From the sequence record MK962749: DNA of 64,000 nt. One strand, given 5' to 3'. The translations under genes were made by a program, and so were the position numbers. The notes beneath the pieces were generated by a model that did not search any database, was not told the DNA's origin, and saw only the letters and a program-made list of their open reading frames with translations. Below are positions 27,142 through 36,514 of this stretch, piece by piece. Position 1 is the first letter of the stretch; every line of letters starts with the position of its first letter. The DNA comes from Shigella phage CM1.

Positions 27142-28191
27142 ATGAATTTAACACCTCGCAGCACCATGGTACACGGCATGAAAGAAAAACAGAACGGTTT
27201 CGAACCTATGAGTAATAAAATGTTCGGTATGCCGGGTGGTATTATGGAGACATACAGCTACCCAACACCTGTTGTTGACCACGTTCTTTATATCGACGAT
27301 TTGGAAGACCTGCAGGATCATATGTCTCGCCTGCAGACGATCCGTATGGCTCAGCCTGAAGAAAGCATTCGAGTGATCATTAACAGCCCTGGTGGTTGCG
27401 TGCACATTGCGATGGCTTATCTACAGGCATTCCGCGAGTCTCAGGCAAGCGTTGTTGCACATGCTGAAGGGATGTGCTGCTCTGCTGGAACAATCCTATG
27501 GCTGGGTTGCAAAGAACGCACTGTGGCTCCGGACACAGAGTTTATGTTCCACTACTATCAAGGTGGCACTTATGGTAACGGTGTGAACATGAATACTCAG
27601 GTCAGCTACTGGAAAAAGCGTTTCGAACGCCTGATCGAAAAATACTACGGTTGGGTGCTGACAGAAGATGAGATCGCATCCATCACAGCTGGTGGTGAAG
27701 TGTGGTTGGACGGAGAGGAGCTGGCAGCTCGAACTGGAGCTATCATTCTGGATGAAGGTAACATACAACGCATCCAGAACGGACAAAAACCGAAAAAGCT
27801 TCTGGCAAAAGGTGATGAAGAAGGTGTGTTAGGTGAAGCAGGTCTCCCGGAGATTCACCAGTGTACCTCTTTAGATGAGTTAGTTCATGCTGTTGAATCT
27901 GCAAAAGCTGGTGGTTCGAAAGGTGATGTTCACACTGTGTTCCTGAACCTGCAGATGGAAAGTGGTGAGACCGTTAAGATTGCCTTAGGTGAGATTACCT
28001 CAGAAGATCTGCAGCGATTCTCTGTCGTTGAACTTCAAGACATTTTGTCCCAATTGAAGACAACCCTAAACGGCGGTGAAGAGGTTAAGGTAAAAGATAA
28101 GACTCGCAAGCGTCTGGTGGACAATATTATTAAAACAGCAAAAGAGCTCAATGAAAAAATCCTGGGTGCAGGAATTGTCGAAGAAGCTTAA
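27142..28191 (+). CDS. ClpP-like serine protease with C-terminal extension
   Basis: IINSPGGCV, AEGMCCSAGT (Ser), FMFHYYQGG (His); about 150-aa extension. Confidence 0.5.
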   Translation: MNLTPRSTMVHGMKEKQNGFEPMSNKMFGMPGGIMETYSYPTPVVDHVLYIDDLEDLQDHMSRLQTIRMAQPEESIRVIINSPGGCVHIAMAYLQAFRESQASVVAHAEGMCCSAGTILWLGCKERTVAPDTEFMFHYYQGGTYGNGVNMNTQVSYWKKRFERLIEKYYGWVLTEDEIASITAGGEVWLDGEELAARTGAIILDEGNIQRIQNGQKPKKLLAKGDEEGVLGEAGLPEIHQCTSLDELVHAVESAKAGGSKGDVHTVFLNLQMESGETVKIALGEITSEDLQRFSVVELQDILSQLKTTLNGGEEVKVKDKTRKRLVDNIIKTAKELNEKILGAGIVEEA

Positions 28192-28242
28192 ACATTAATT
28201 CTAAAGCCCTCTTCGGAGGGCTTTTATGATCTGGAGATTTGC

Positions 28243-28776
28243 ATGACTTGTGCTCGAAAACCTGATGAACAACGTAACGCCTACGATGAGTATGTGACAC
28301 CGGAGTGGTGTGCAGAAGGGCTGTATGACCTTATTCCGTTCCCAGAAGACTGGACCTACTTAGAGCCTTGCAGGAATAGTGCCTCAGGTGTGTTCTACTC
28401 CCGTATGCCGTTAGGATCTGCATGGGGAGAAATACAAGAAGGTGTTGACTATCTGAATACAGAATACAACCATGTTGACTGTATTATCACCAACCCACCA
28501 TACAGCCTGGCTCGTGAGTTTGTAGACAAGGCGTTGAAAGATGCTGACGTAGTTATTATGCTTTTGCGTCTTAATTTTCTGGAAAGCAAAGCCAGATTTG
28601 AATGGTGGCTTGATAATGCACCTACCACTGTGATCACAATATCTAAGCGTCCGTCATTTCAATCAAATGGCAGAACTGACGGGCAAGCATATGCATATTT
28701 TGTGTGGGATAAGAAAAACCGTTTAGACTTGCCGCCGTTTATGTGGTTGGCACCCCCAGAGGTAGACCTGAAATGA
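28243..28776 (+). CDS. DNA N6-adenine methyltransferase-like protein
   Basis: Catalytic CIITNPPYS; size typical of small phage N6A MTases. Confidence 0.6.
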   Translation: MTCARKPDEQRNAYDEYVTPEWCAEGLYDLIPFPEDWTYLEPCRNSASGVFYSRMPLGSAWGEIQEGVDYLNTEYNHVDCIITNPPYSLAREFVDKALKDADVVIMLLRLNFLESKARFEWWLDNAPTTVITISKRPSFQSNGRTDGQAYAYFVWDKKNRLDLPPFMWLAPPEVDLK

Positions 28777-29057
28777 AAATGAGTGCTAAGGACAAATTAC
28801 ACCAGCTAGCGCTAAAACGCCCTGTAACGCTCCCTGACGAGCTTAACTCCATTTATGATGCGATTGTAGGGGAGATACAAAATAAAGCGTTAGCAGGCTT
28901 TCTGGGGTGCGGATTTTCGATAAATCTACCCTCGCATCTCTCAGATTACTTCCCGCACATTGTTGGAGATTTAAGGGCAGGAGGTCTGCAGGTAGATGTT
29001 GTTGGCATCTCCCCAGAGAAAAATAATACGGTTGCCTACTTGACAGTAACCTGGTAG
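28743..29057 (+). CDS. hypothetical protein
   Basis: 104-aa ORF. Confidence 0.35.
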   Translation: MVGTPRGRPEMKMSAKDKLHQLALKRPVTLPDELNSIYDAIVGEIQNKALAGFLGCGFSINLPSHLSDYFPHIVGDLRAGGLQVDVVGISPEKNNTVAYLTVTW

Positions 29058-29333
29058 TTGTGTATTGTTGTTTTCAACAAGAGGGGGTCATTTATGTACA
29101 AGTCATTTTCAATCTACTCAAGACAGGCGAAACACTACACAGAGATCCTGATCACTCAGAAAAAATCTGTGGAAGGTGAGTGGGAATATCACCATAAAAT
29201 GTTGCGTCCAGACTGGGTTTTTGATAGACTTATTGCTATGATCCCTCTCGGAGAAGTATACCCTCTGACAGCCCATCGCGATGCTTGGGATTTAATTGAT
29301 TACATAGATTCATTTAAGGAGCCTAGATTATGA
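29058..29333 (+). CDS. hypothetical protein
   Basis: 91-aa ORF. Confidence 0.4.
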   Translation: MCIVVFNKRGSFMYKSFSIYSRQAKHYTEILITQKKSVEGEWEYHHKMLRPDWVFDRLIAMIPLGEVYPLTAHRDAWDLIDYIDSFKEPRL

Positions 29334-29728
29334 AGATTGAGATTACTAAAGAAGGTAAGAAAGTGTCCGGCAACTATGCAACAGTAATTCGGGATTTAAT
29401 GTTTGAAGCCACCAAGATCGGTACATCTAAAGTTGGTCAAACTGTTAGTGTGAAAAGTAATATCTCCACAGGAGAGAAGGTATTCATTGTGGTCAAAGGG
29501 CAGGATCCCGTGGAAGGAACAGTGGGCCGAGGTGGCTACCTGTGCATTTCTGAAGAGCCGCGTATGTTAGTGACTGACGCTACTATGGGTGGGAAACGTG
29601 TGTGCGAGGCGGATGAGGTAATGATTATCCAACCTGTTGATCCAGATGACCCAGCAACTTGGGTGGTAGGAAATGAAATCTTCTCTTTAGAAGAGTTATC
29701 CTTCCCAGCACCGCGCTCTGTTCAGTAA
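29330..29728 (+). CDS. hypothetical protein (MKIEIT-type N-terminus)
   Basis: 132-aa ORF. Confidence 0.45.
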   Translation: MKIEITKEGKKVSGNYATVIRDLMFEATKIGTSKVGQTVSVKSNISTGEKVFIVVKGQDPVEGTVGRGGYLCISEEPRMLVTDATMGGKRVCEADEVMIIQPVDPDDPATWVVGNEIFSLEELSFPAPRSVQ

Positions 29729-29765
29729 TAATTTATCTTACCAGGGATGGTAGGTAGGAGGTAGC

Positions 29766-29999
29766 ATGAAAGTTAAATTTCTTACAGATTTAGGGTACCC
29801 TTCCTTGGTTGACTGTGTTGGTAAAATTGTGGAAGCAAAACGGCTATCTGCAAACGAGAATGTTGTCCTGGTTAAAGGGAAGGATTTACTAGCTGCAGGT
29901 GCAGAGTCTGGCAGGATCTCTCCTGATTATATGTATTACCTATCTTTAAGTAATCTGCCAGAGCGAGGCGGTAAAGGCCTTGAAGTTGTGGAGGAGTGA
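29766..29999 (+). CDS. small acidic protein, paralog family member
   Basis: MKVKFL...VKGKDLLAAGAES...LEVVEE. Confidence 0.45.
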   Translation: MKVKFLTDLGYPSLVDCVGKIVEAKRLSANENVVLVKGKDLLAAGAESGRISPDYMYYLSLSNLPERGGKGLEVVEE

Positions 30000-30529
30000 C
30001 AGGTATGCTTCTGATTAACTGGGAAGACCTCTATGGGGACAAAGACCCTGTTGCGTTTGTTGATCGTAGGTGGAGATACACTGAAGAACAACTGGCGGCA
30101 AAAAATTTAACTGCAAAACGCAGAAAGATCATCCAGTGCAAGTACAAATACGCACAGTTTGCTGCAAAAGTGTCTCCACAAATCGAGAGCTTTGTGCTTA
30201 AATTGTATGACGAGTACCTCAAATTCAAATTGGATTTTGTGCAGGTGTACCGTGCACAGGTACGACCAGATACCAACATATGTAGATGGAAGGTTGTTTG
30301 TGAAGGTAAAGATTTGCCGCTCAGCTTGACAATTGAGTGGCGTTATGGGTATCATGAGTGCGGTCTGTATGATATTTGGGATGTCATTGTAGATCCTGCT
30401 AAGCATCTGAACACAGAGGAGCTGGAATATATCAATAAGGTTATTCTCGATATGTTTTTCAGCTACACACATGAAAACTCTGAGAAAGAACGGGATAATT
30501 TTCTTGACACCCTCAGCGACCATTTGTAG
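29996..30529 (+). CDS. hypothetical protein
   Basis: 177-aa ORF. Confidence 0.45.
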   Translation: MTGMLLINWEDLYGDKDPVAFVDRRWRYTEEQLAAKNLTAKRRKIIQCKYKYAQFAAKVSPQIESFVLKLYDEYLKFKLDFVQVYRAQVRPDTNICRWKVVCEGKDLPLSLTIEWRYGYHECGLYDIWDVIVDPAKHLNTEELEYINKVILDMFFSYTHENSEKERDNFLDTLSDHL

Positions 30530-30559
30530 TATACAATTTAACCTACAAAGGGAGGACCA

Positions 30560-30796
30560 ATGAGTATAAATGTTGTGCTAATAGGTTACCTGGTAATGTC
30601 CGTTATAACAGCGGTATTCTTGACAGGTGTATGCATCGTGTCCAGACGAAGGGTGAAGTTTGATGATTTTATCACCATCATCACTGCTGCACCTTTTTGG
30701 CCTGTTGTTATCTTCATCGTGATAATGTGCTTGGTTGATTACTACAAGAATATCCGTAAGGAGAAAAAGGAGGGTAGGGATGGAGACCGCACCTAA
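30560..30796 (+). CDS. small membrane protein
   Basis: 78 aa; two hydrophobic helices. Confidence 0.4.
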   Translation: MSINVVLIGYLVMSVITAVFLTGVCIVSRRRVKFDDFITIITAAPFWPVVIFIVIMCLVDYYKNIRKEKKEGRDGDRT

Positions 30797-30932
30797 AACT
30801 GTTTATACTGTTCTTAAAGAGATTGCGTTCTACGCAGATCTTAGCCAGGCACCTTTATGGGAAAAGAGCATGTATTTAAAATGGTGCGTTAATTTAGGGA
30901 GGCCTTCCAGTGTTTCAAGCCATGTTTATTGA
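30780..30932 (+). CDS. hypothetical small protein
   Basis: Internal ATG of ORF 30735-30932 with AGGAGGG RBS. Confidence 0.3.
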   Translation: METAPKTVYTVLKEIAFYADLSQAPLWEKSMYLKWCVNLGRPSSVSSHVY

Positions 30933-31015
30933 GATGCTATCTGGGGTATTGTTACTGGTAGCCATCTTAGGTGGTGCAGTTCTGATGTATAACTATCTTG
31001 AAAAAGGAGACAGCA

Positions 31016-31201
31016 ATGGTAAAAAATAAATCTTTAGAGCAGGCTGAAAACCTTCTCCACGAGCTGGTAAAGGAGTGGAAAGTTGAATACTCAGATTTTA
31101 ATGCACGAAAGGGTGAAGATTATTGGCCTACGGAGCGCTCAGAGGGCGAATGGTATCAAGATTTTATAGAGTGGTTATATCAGACGTGCGATGAGGGGTG
31201 A
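31016..31201 (+). CDS. hypothetical protein
   Basis: ORF 30998-31201; start at MVKNKS with AAGGAGA RBS. Confidence 0.4.
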   Translation: MVKNKSLEQAENLLHELVKEWKVEYSDFNARKGEDYWPTERSEGEWYQDFIEWLYQTCDEG

Positions 31202-31668
31202 CGATGTTTGTTAAATATGTAAAAACGTGCCTCAACAGTCTTGGCAGAGAGCATTGGTACACCTTGCTTGAAAAAGGGGAAATTTTAACAAAATCTGGAA
31301 AGATAACTTTGATACCTCTTGATAGTAAAGGTAAAGACCCGTCACGACTTGTTATAGATGATTACGTTACAGGTGTGACGTTCGAGGTCTCTGTGGAGAG
31401 GTTAATACGCAGAGCTGGCGGCCCTTATGACCGAAGAGAGTATGTTTTCGATTCCGTTACAGAGATGGGGGAGCATCCGTCTTTAATGTTCAGGATGGTA
31501 ATCAGAGATATGAGGTCATCTATAGATAGGATCGTAAAGGACATTAAGGAACCTTTTAGAGTAAAAGTTAAGAAGTTTTTCGATTCTAAGATTAACATAC
31601 TTGCCGTTGCACTAGGTGTAGTTCAACTTCTGTTAATTTTGCACTATTTTGAACTACTATTTAAGTAG
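31198..31668 (+). CDS. hypothetical protein with C-terminal TM helix
   Basis: 156-aa ORF. Confidence 0.4.
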   Translation: MTMFVKYVKTCLNSLGREHWYTLLEKGEILTKSGKITLIPLDSKGKDPSRLVIDDYVTGVTFEVSVERLIRRAGGPYDRREYVFDSVTEMGEHPSLMFRMVIRDMRSSIDRIVKDIKEPFRVKVKKFFDSKINILAVALGVVQLLLILHYFELLFK

Positions 31669-31730
31669 TAGTTGAGATATGGCACAAAGGATGTGCCATA
31701 GTGAAATAAACTAAGAAAGAGGTAGAGAGA

Positions 31731-32078
31731 ATGCCAAAGATTAAAACGTTATTACTGTGGGTAGCTGTTTTAGCTTTTATAGGGTACTGGACTTGGGAAA
31801 CTGAATTAAAAGATATCGGATATACCAGTCTTGAGAGCAAGGCGTGCATTGGCATAACCGATGCGTTCAGGCAAAATGCTATGGATCACGAATGTGTTGA
31901 TGCAGATATAGATGAGAAACTGTCTAAGGACAAAGATTTTTACCATGGGCATGCTTTACTTGATAGTGGTGACACTGTAGAGTTCTGGTCGTGGTTTCGT
32001 GAAGATGGAACAATAAAAACAGCAGTAAAGATCTCTAACAAAGAGTTAATGCTGTTGCAGCAAAAGGAGGCTCAATGA
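31731..32078 (+). CDS. hypothetical membrane-anchored protein
   Basis: 115 aa; N-terminal TM LLLWVAVLAFIGYWTW. Confidence 0.4.
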   Translation: MPKIKTLLLWVAVLAFIGYWTWETELKDIGYTSLESKACIGITDAFRQNAMDHECVDADIDEKLSKDKDFYHGHALLDSGDTVEFWSWFREDGTIKTAVKISNKELMLLQQKEAQ

Positions 32079-32362
32079 TCTGGATATCCTATGCTGATGG
32101 CACCATGCTGTATACTGCAGGTACCAGATATGAAGTTCAGGAGAACGATAAAAAATTTATCGTAAAAACATTTGACAAGGACGACAACCTTTTGCTAGAA
32201 TTGACTTACAAAGTTGGAGAGGTATCCAATATCCAGTTGGATTGTGGTCATAAAGATAATCCACTCAAAAAACCTGGAGTAGGTAAGGCTTCAGAAGAAC
32301 GTCTGTCTCGTATTGCAGAAAGCGTTTCTCCCCAAAAATCTAAGAAGAGGACTAGAAAATGA
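32075..32362 (+). CDS. hypothetical protein
   Basis: 95-aa ORF. Confidence 0.4.
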   Translation: MIWISYADGTMLYTAGTRYEVQENDKKFIVKTFDKDDNLLLELTYKVGEVSNIQLDCGHKDNPLKKPGVGKASEERLSRIAESVSPQKSKKRTRK

Positions 32363-32553
32363 AAAACTTACGTTTTAACACTTATTACTACAACACATTG
32401 AATGATTTGTATTATATTGTTCGAAGTAAAAGTCTTGAAACAGTCCTATTCTGCCGCGAACCTTTCAAAGGGGAGGAAGTAGAGTCTGAGATGAATGTTA
32501 GCCAGATCACCTCTTTGTTGCTCTCAGGCGCAATGGAAGAAGCAATATTCTAA
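32359..32553 (+). CDS. hypothetical protein
   Basis: 64-aa ORF. Confidence 0.35.
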   Translation: MKNLRFNTYYYNTLNDLYYIVRSKSLETVLFCREPFKGEEVESEMNVSQITSLLLSGAMEEAIF

Positions 32554-32571
32554 ACCAGGCGGGAGGGTTTT

Positions 32572-32757
32572 ATGAAGCACTATTGCCTGTCTGGTAGAAT
32601 GGGTGCAGATTGTGATTGGGTTTTCTTAAAACTTGTCAGCATTCGAGAGTTCATCCCAGAGGAAGAGCAAGAAAGCGAGCTGATGTCATGGATCAACCAT
32701 TACGGTAACACTTTTCGGCATGTTAAGGTAGAAGAGTTGCCAAGCGAGGCTGATTGA
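32572..32757 (+). CDS. hypothetical protein
   Basis: 61-aa ORF. Confidence 0.35.
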   Translation: MKHYCLSGRMGADCDWVFLKLVSIREFIPEEEQESELMSWINHYGNTFRHVKVEELPSEAD

Positions 32758-32759
32758 CT

Positions 32760-32849
32760 ATGATTGCATCAATATTAACGTTTATGGGTGGCGTGGCATT
32801 CGGATTCATTGTTTGCCTGTTTATAGTGATTATGTCTATGCGAGGCTGA
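32760..32849 (+). CDS. 29-aa hydrophobic membrane peptide
   Basis: MIASILTFMGGVAFGFIVCLFIVIMSMRG; fills the gap between adjacent genes. Confidence 0.3.
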   Translation: MIASILTFMGGVAFGFIVCLFIVIMSMRG

Positions 32850-32852
32850 ATT

Positions 32853-33149
32853 ATGAAACTTTTTGAGTGGTTTAAAAAGTTTAAATATAAAGCTGTAGCC
32901 ATCGTGCCGTGGTCCATTCAGTGGGTTGATGAAGGTGGTCTACCGATACCTGGTGACAAAGATACTGGGTACTGGATTATGATGGAGAACGGGTTTGGAA
33001 AGCGAAAGTATACGTGCACAAACTCTACTCGATCTGCACTTAATAGAGTGCCTGGTTACAAACTTATGGTTGTGTGGAAAATGTCAGGCGTGCCTCCAGC
33101 CAATGCTCAATTTCTTACTGACAATCCGACCACGGTAGAGGGAGATTGA
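32853..33149 (+). CDS. hypothetical protein
   Basis: 98-aa ORF. Confidence 0.4.
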   Translation: MKLFEWFKKFKYKAVAIVPWSIQWVDEGGLPIPGDKDTGYWIMMENGFGKRKYTCTNSTRSALNRVPGYKLMVVWKMSGVPPANAQFLTDNPTTVEGD

Positions 33150-33433
33150 TAATGAAAAAGATTAACAGTAGTGAAGTAGAGTTTAAACTTGTCGGAAAAG
33201 GCACTTACTGGGAAGTTCGTCAAAAGGTATATTTGTTCGGTCTTATTCCCTACTGGTCTAAATTCTACTGGGGAGCTAACGAGTTGGGAAGATACGCCAC
33301 CAAATCAATGGCACTTATTGGTATAGCAGAGTACATTGCAGCCAGAGATAGGGTTGGAGACACTTATTACTATACTGCGGACGATATTCGTAACAGTGTT
33401 TACGTCCCACAACCACCTGATGGAGACCGTTGA
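33146..33433 (+). CDS. hypothetical protein
   Basis: 95-aa ORF. Confidence 0.4.
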   Translation: MIMKKINSSEVEFKLVGKGTYWEVRQKVYLFGLIPYWSKFYWGANELGRYATKSMALIGIAEYIAARDRVGDTYYYTADDIRNSVYVPQPPDGDR

Positions 33434-33657
33434 TGAAAGTTAAAGTTTTAAATTCAAGCTTCTATATTGGTCAGGAGCCTTTAGTAGGAAAAGTGTTTAC
33501 TGCTGTCCCTAACGAAGATTACCCTGACCTTTTAAAAATAAAAGGAGCAGATCTTATTGCCGCTGGTGCATCTCAGGAATGCTTTGACAGTCAGTGGACC
33601 TACAACTTTGCCCTAGGTGAGGATGTAGAGGTAGTGGAGGACGATCATGAAGGTTAA
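33430..33657 (+). CDS. small acidic protein, paralog family member
   Basis: MMKVKVL...IKGADLIAAGAS...VEVVEDDHEG. Confidence 0.45.
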   Translation: MMKVKVLNSSFYIGQEPLVGKVFTAVPNEDYPDLLKIKGADLIAAGASQECFDSQWTYNFALGEDVEVVEDDHEG

Positions 33658-33901
33658 AATTCTTGATTCTAACGTCTACTTGGGACAATCCTTCCTGAAT
33701 GGGAAGGTCGTTCCTGCGGTATACTTTGAAGGGTTGCCGTGGGAGGATCCTGTGCGGCAACATCACAGTTATGTAGGCCACAACGTGGTGTTTATCTTGG
33801 GATCAGACCTGATCACCGCTGGTGCACCTGAATATTATTTCGGGGAAGGGTCCTACTATGCCTTTGGGGTAGGGTCAGATGCAGATATTGTAGAGCTGTG
33901 A
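33647..33901 (+). CDS. small acidic protein, paralog family member
   Basis: MKVKIL...ILGSDLITAGAPE...DADIVEL. Confidence 0.45.
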   Translation: MKVKILDSNVYLGQSFLNGKVVPAVYFEGLPWEDPVRQHHSYVGHNVVFILGSDLITAGAPEYYFGEGSYYAFGVGSDADIVEL

Positions 33902-33913
33902 TGGGTAACCGTT

Positions 33914-34312
33914 GTGAAAAATAAACTGTTTAAAGTTACAATGAAAATTCGCGGGGCTTGGAGCGTAAAGCAAGGGCGTATTCCAGAATTTGAGAAAGAC
34001 TTCTACGTAGTCTCCACCTCGGAGGAGGCTGCATGCTGGCAGGCTGGCTATGCCTATGCAAGAACCTGGTACGAAGGATACCAGACTGGGGGCTATGACG
34101 GAGAAATTATCAGCAAGGGTGTAGAAGAAATTAATGTGTTGACAAGTGAAAAAGTTTTTGTTATAGTGCATCCAGATTCCAGAGTGAAGCATTACTGGAA
34201 TGCCAGAACAAAAACTTGGACACCGTTTGCAGATTCTGCTACGCCACTTTTAAACCAGAAAGCTCTTGACTCTGCCCCAAGTTATGGGGTTGTTGAAGAA
34301 AAGCTAAACTGA
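33914..34312 (+). CDS. hypothetical protein, paralog of 36119-36514
   Basis: Shares the pattern V..HP.S...YW...WTP with ORF 36119. Confidence 0.45.
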   Translation: MKNKLFKVTMKIRGAWSVKQGRIPEFEKDFYVVSTSEEAACWQAGYAYARTWYEGYQTGGYDGEIISKGVEEINVLTSEKVFVIVHPDSRVKHYWNARTKTWTPFADSATPLLNQKALDSAPSYGVVEEKLN

Positions 34313-34329
34313 AACAGTGAGGTGTCACC

Positions 34330-34620
34330 ATGATGGATTTAATTCTAAATATTGATAACGCAGGAGAGTTTAAAGACGATGGTGTAACAAGCGTGGACAA
34401 ACCCTGCTCTGCTAAGGTTGACTCAAAATGGACCTACAAGTTTGACGGAGAGATCTTCGCAAATGATGAGAAGGTTGTAGATGCTGCAGCCATTTTAAAC
34501 GCTCTAGGGTACGACCCTGTGAATTCTTTGATCAAGGATCCTGTTGAGTTTGCAGAGTATGTTCGAAAAATGGCAGATCTTGCTGTGGATATTTTAAAAA
34601 CTATCGACAACAAGCTGTAA
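34330..34620 (+). CDS. hypothetical protein
   Basis: 96-aa ORF. Confidence 0.4.
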   Translation: MMDLILNIDNAGEFKDDGVTSVDKPCSAKVDSKWTYKFDGEIFANDEKVVDAAAILNALGYDPVNSLIKDPVEFAEYVRKMADLAVDILKTIDNKL

Positions 34621-34625
34621 AAACT

Positions 34626-34654
34626 GTTGACACAACGCTTCAGATTTAGTATCA
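34626..34654 (+). promoter_or_regulatory. sigma70-like promoter upstream of hpf-like gene
   Basis: TTGACA, 17 bp, TATCAT; approximate. Confidence 0.5.
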
Positions 34655-34702
34655 TTGTTTTCAAAGAGGGTTTGGTTCCCTCTTCTTTAAAAGGAACACG
34701 TT

Positions 34703-35020
34703 ATGCAAATTGAAATCACTGGCAACGTAGAAATCACTGAAGGTATGGTGTCTTTCATTTCCCACAAAATGTCTAAGCTGGAGCGTTTGCACCCCTCTGC
34801 CAACTATGCACGTGTGAGTGTAAAAGTTGAAAATGATCACCAGGAAGTTATGGCGCTCATTTTTGACAATTCTGGAAAAGAAGTTATTGCCAAGGCTAAA
34901 GGTAGTGATGCTTACGAGGCAACTGACCGTATGGTAGATGTTGCAGCACGTCAGTTGGCTAAATGCGGTGGAAAGAAAGGTAAGGGGAAAGGCAAAGTAA
35001 AGATTGACTTTGGAGAATGA
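34703..35020 (+). CDS. ribosome hibernation promoting factor / RaiA (YfiA) family protein
   Basis: MQIEITGNVEITEGM...KLERL...VSVKVE...DAYEATDRMVDVAARQLAK is colinear with remembered E. coli HPF/YfiA. Confidence 0.75.
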   Translation: MQIEITGNVEITEGMVSFISHKMSKLERLHPSANYARVSVKVENDHQEVMALIFDNSGKEVIAKAKGSDAYEATDRMVDVAARQLAKCGGKKGKGKGKVKIDFGE

Positions 35021-35157
35021 GGTGCTACAATGGGTGTGATTAAGAAATTAGCCCCAAATGTAGAGATTGCATGCTTTGAAATTATGTTTGCAATCGCAGT
35101 TGTAGTTAATGTGTTAGGTTACGGCTATTAATATCAAATAATTGAGGAGACCTCTAA

Positions 35158-35427
35158 ATGAAAATTAAATTATTCAAAACTGAGCTGGCAGACAAAAACT
35201 GTGGACTGGTTGAAGGCATGATTGTCGAAGCACAACCAGTTGACTATATGAAGGTGGTTCGTGATGCCCTGGGTGAAGGTTTTGATCTGATGGAGCCAGC
35301 TCTGCGAGAAGATGTTATCGAGATGGCTAAAAAGCACACACCTGAAGGAATGGTGGTGTTTGTTGCACCGGGTAACGGAGAAGAGTTGATTGTAACTCCG
35401 GATGTGTATGAGATTGTAGAGGAATAA
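35158..35427 (+). CDS. small acidic protein, paralog family member
   Basis: MKIKLF...FVAPGNGEELIVTPDVYEIVEE. Confidence 0.45.
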   Translation: MKIKLFKTELADKNCGLVEGMIVEAQPVDYMKVVRDALGEGFDLMEPALREDVIEMAKKHTPEGMVVFVAPGNGEELIVTPDVYEIVEE

Positions 35428-35518
35428 TCCTGCTTGGATTAGCATACTTCCTCGACAAGGAAGGTTTGTAATTATTTGTGGGAAAGGAATCCCAATCTCT
35501 TACCAGAGGTGATACTAT

Positions 35519-35782
35519 ATGATTGTTTATTTTAAAACTTCAGGTGGATACCCTGATTCTCAAAGCTTGATCGGAAAAACGTGCACAGCATACTCACCTC
35601 TTGATGAGGAGGTAAGTGATATCCTACGAGATATGTATCGGATTGACCCCCAAGAAGCCTTTGATCAAAACCTTGTATTTGTCAAGGGCTCAGATATGAA
35701 GTCTTTGGGAGCATTCCCTGAAGCAGATGATGATGCCGTTTATTCGTTCATGACTCCTTTTGAAGCTATGGTTGTTGGGTGA
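35519..35782 (+). CDS. small acidic protein, paralog family member
   Basis: FVKGSDMKSLGAFPE core shared with family. Confidence 0.45.
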   Translation: MIVYFKTSGGYPDSQSLIGKTCTAYSPLDEEVSDILRDMYRIDPQEAFDQNLVFVKGSDMKSLGAFPEADDDAVYSFMTPFEAMVVG

Positions 35783-35786
35783 TAAT

Positions 35787-36119
35787 ATGAAAGTACGCTT
35801 TATTGGTGAAACAATTCCTGTGCATCTCCGGTCGCCTGAGGATTCTGCAGATCTTGCATCTCAAAAGGCGAGAGGTTATGATAAGAAAGTAACCTCAACC
35901 GATGTAGTGCTTGAGGCTACTAGTCTACCTGACCCTGCTGCATTCTTTAATCATTATGGGTACTATTTCAGCAATCTGATGAATATCGGTGAGCTTGTGT
36001 TTATTAGTGGTGGAGAAATTGTTGGCAAGCTTGGCGGCGATCCGGATATCTTTCATGAAACCTGTCCTTTTGCATTTGTGGTAGGTTCAGATGTGGAAGT
36101 TATTGAGGAGGTGCGGTAA
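35787..36119 (+). CDS. small acidic protein, paralog family member
   Basis: Start at MKVRFIGE; ...FVVGSDVEVIEEVR. Confidence 0.45.
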   Translation: MKVRFIGETIPVHLRSPEDSADLASQKARGYDKKVTSTDVVLEATSLPDPAAFFNHYGYYFSNLMNIGELVFISGGEIVGKLGGDPDIFHETCPFAFVVGSDVEVIEEVR

Positions 36120-36514
36120 TGGTAAGCCTATACCGTGTTGAGTATAGCTCAGATACTGTATACAACGTAAGAAGCAAAGATCGCAGCGACAGAGTGCAAG
36201 AAATGTATGTTCTTGCCGACAGTCCGTTATCTGCAGCGTTCAAGGCAGGGGCTCTTGCATCTCGTTGGAAATTTGAAGGTGGATCTTTCTATGAAGAAAC
36301 CCTTGAAGATTCTGTTGTTATTTCTTCTGTAGAGGTTTCAGATGACTACGAAGGGAAAAAGTTCGTAATGCGGCACCCACACAGCAACATTGCGTACTAC
36401 TGGGATGTTCTGAACAACGAGTGGACCCCAGATCTTCAGAAGGCTACTGTGCTAACACCGTTTTTGGCAGATAAGTTCCCACCAGAAGGTAATTTATCCG
36501 CACTGTTTCAGTAA
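36119..36514 (+). CDS. hypothetical protein, paralog of 33914-34312
   Basis: 131-aa ORF with shared HP..YYW..WTP segment. Confidence 0.45.
   Translation: MVSLYRVEYSSDTVYNVRSKDRSDRVQEMYVLADSPLSAAFKAGALASRWKFEGGSFYEETLEDSVVISSVEVSDDYEGKKFVMRHPHSNIAYYWDVLNNEWTPDLQKATVLTPFLADKFPPEGNLSALFQ

Noticed and set aside
30922-31029. 35-aa hydrophobic ORF (MFIEMLSGVLLLVAILGGAVLMYNYLEKGDSNGKK)
   Set aside because: Nearest SD-like sequence is about 18 nt upstream and the ORF overlaps both neighbours; kept out of the feature list.
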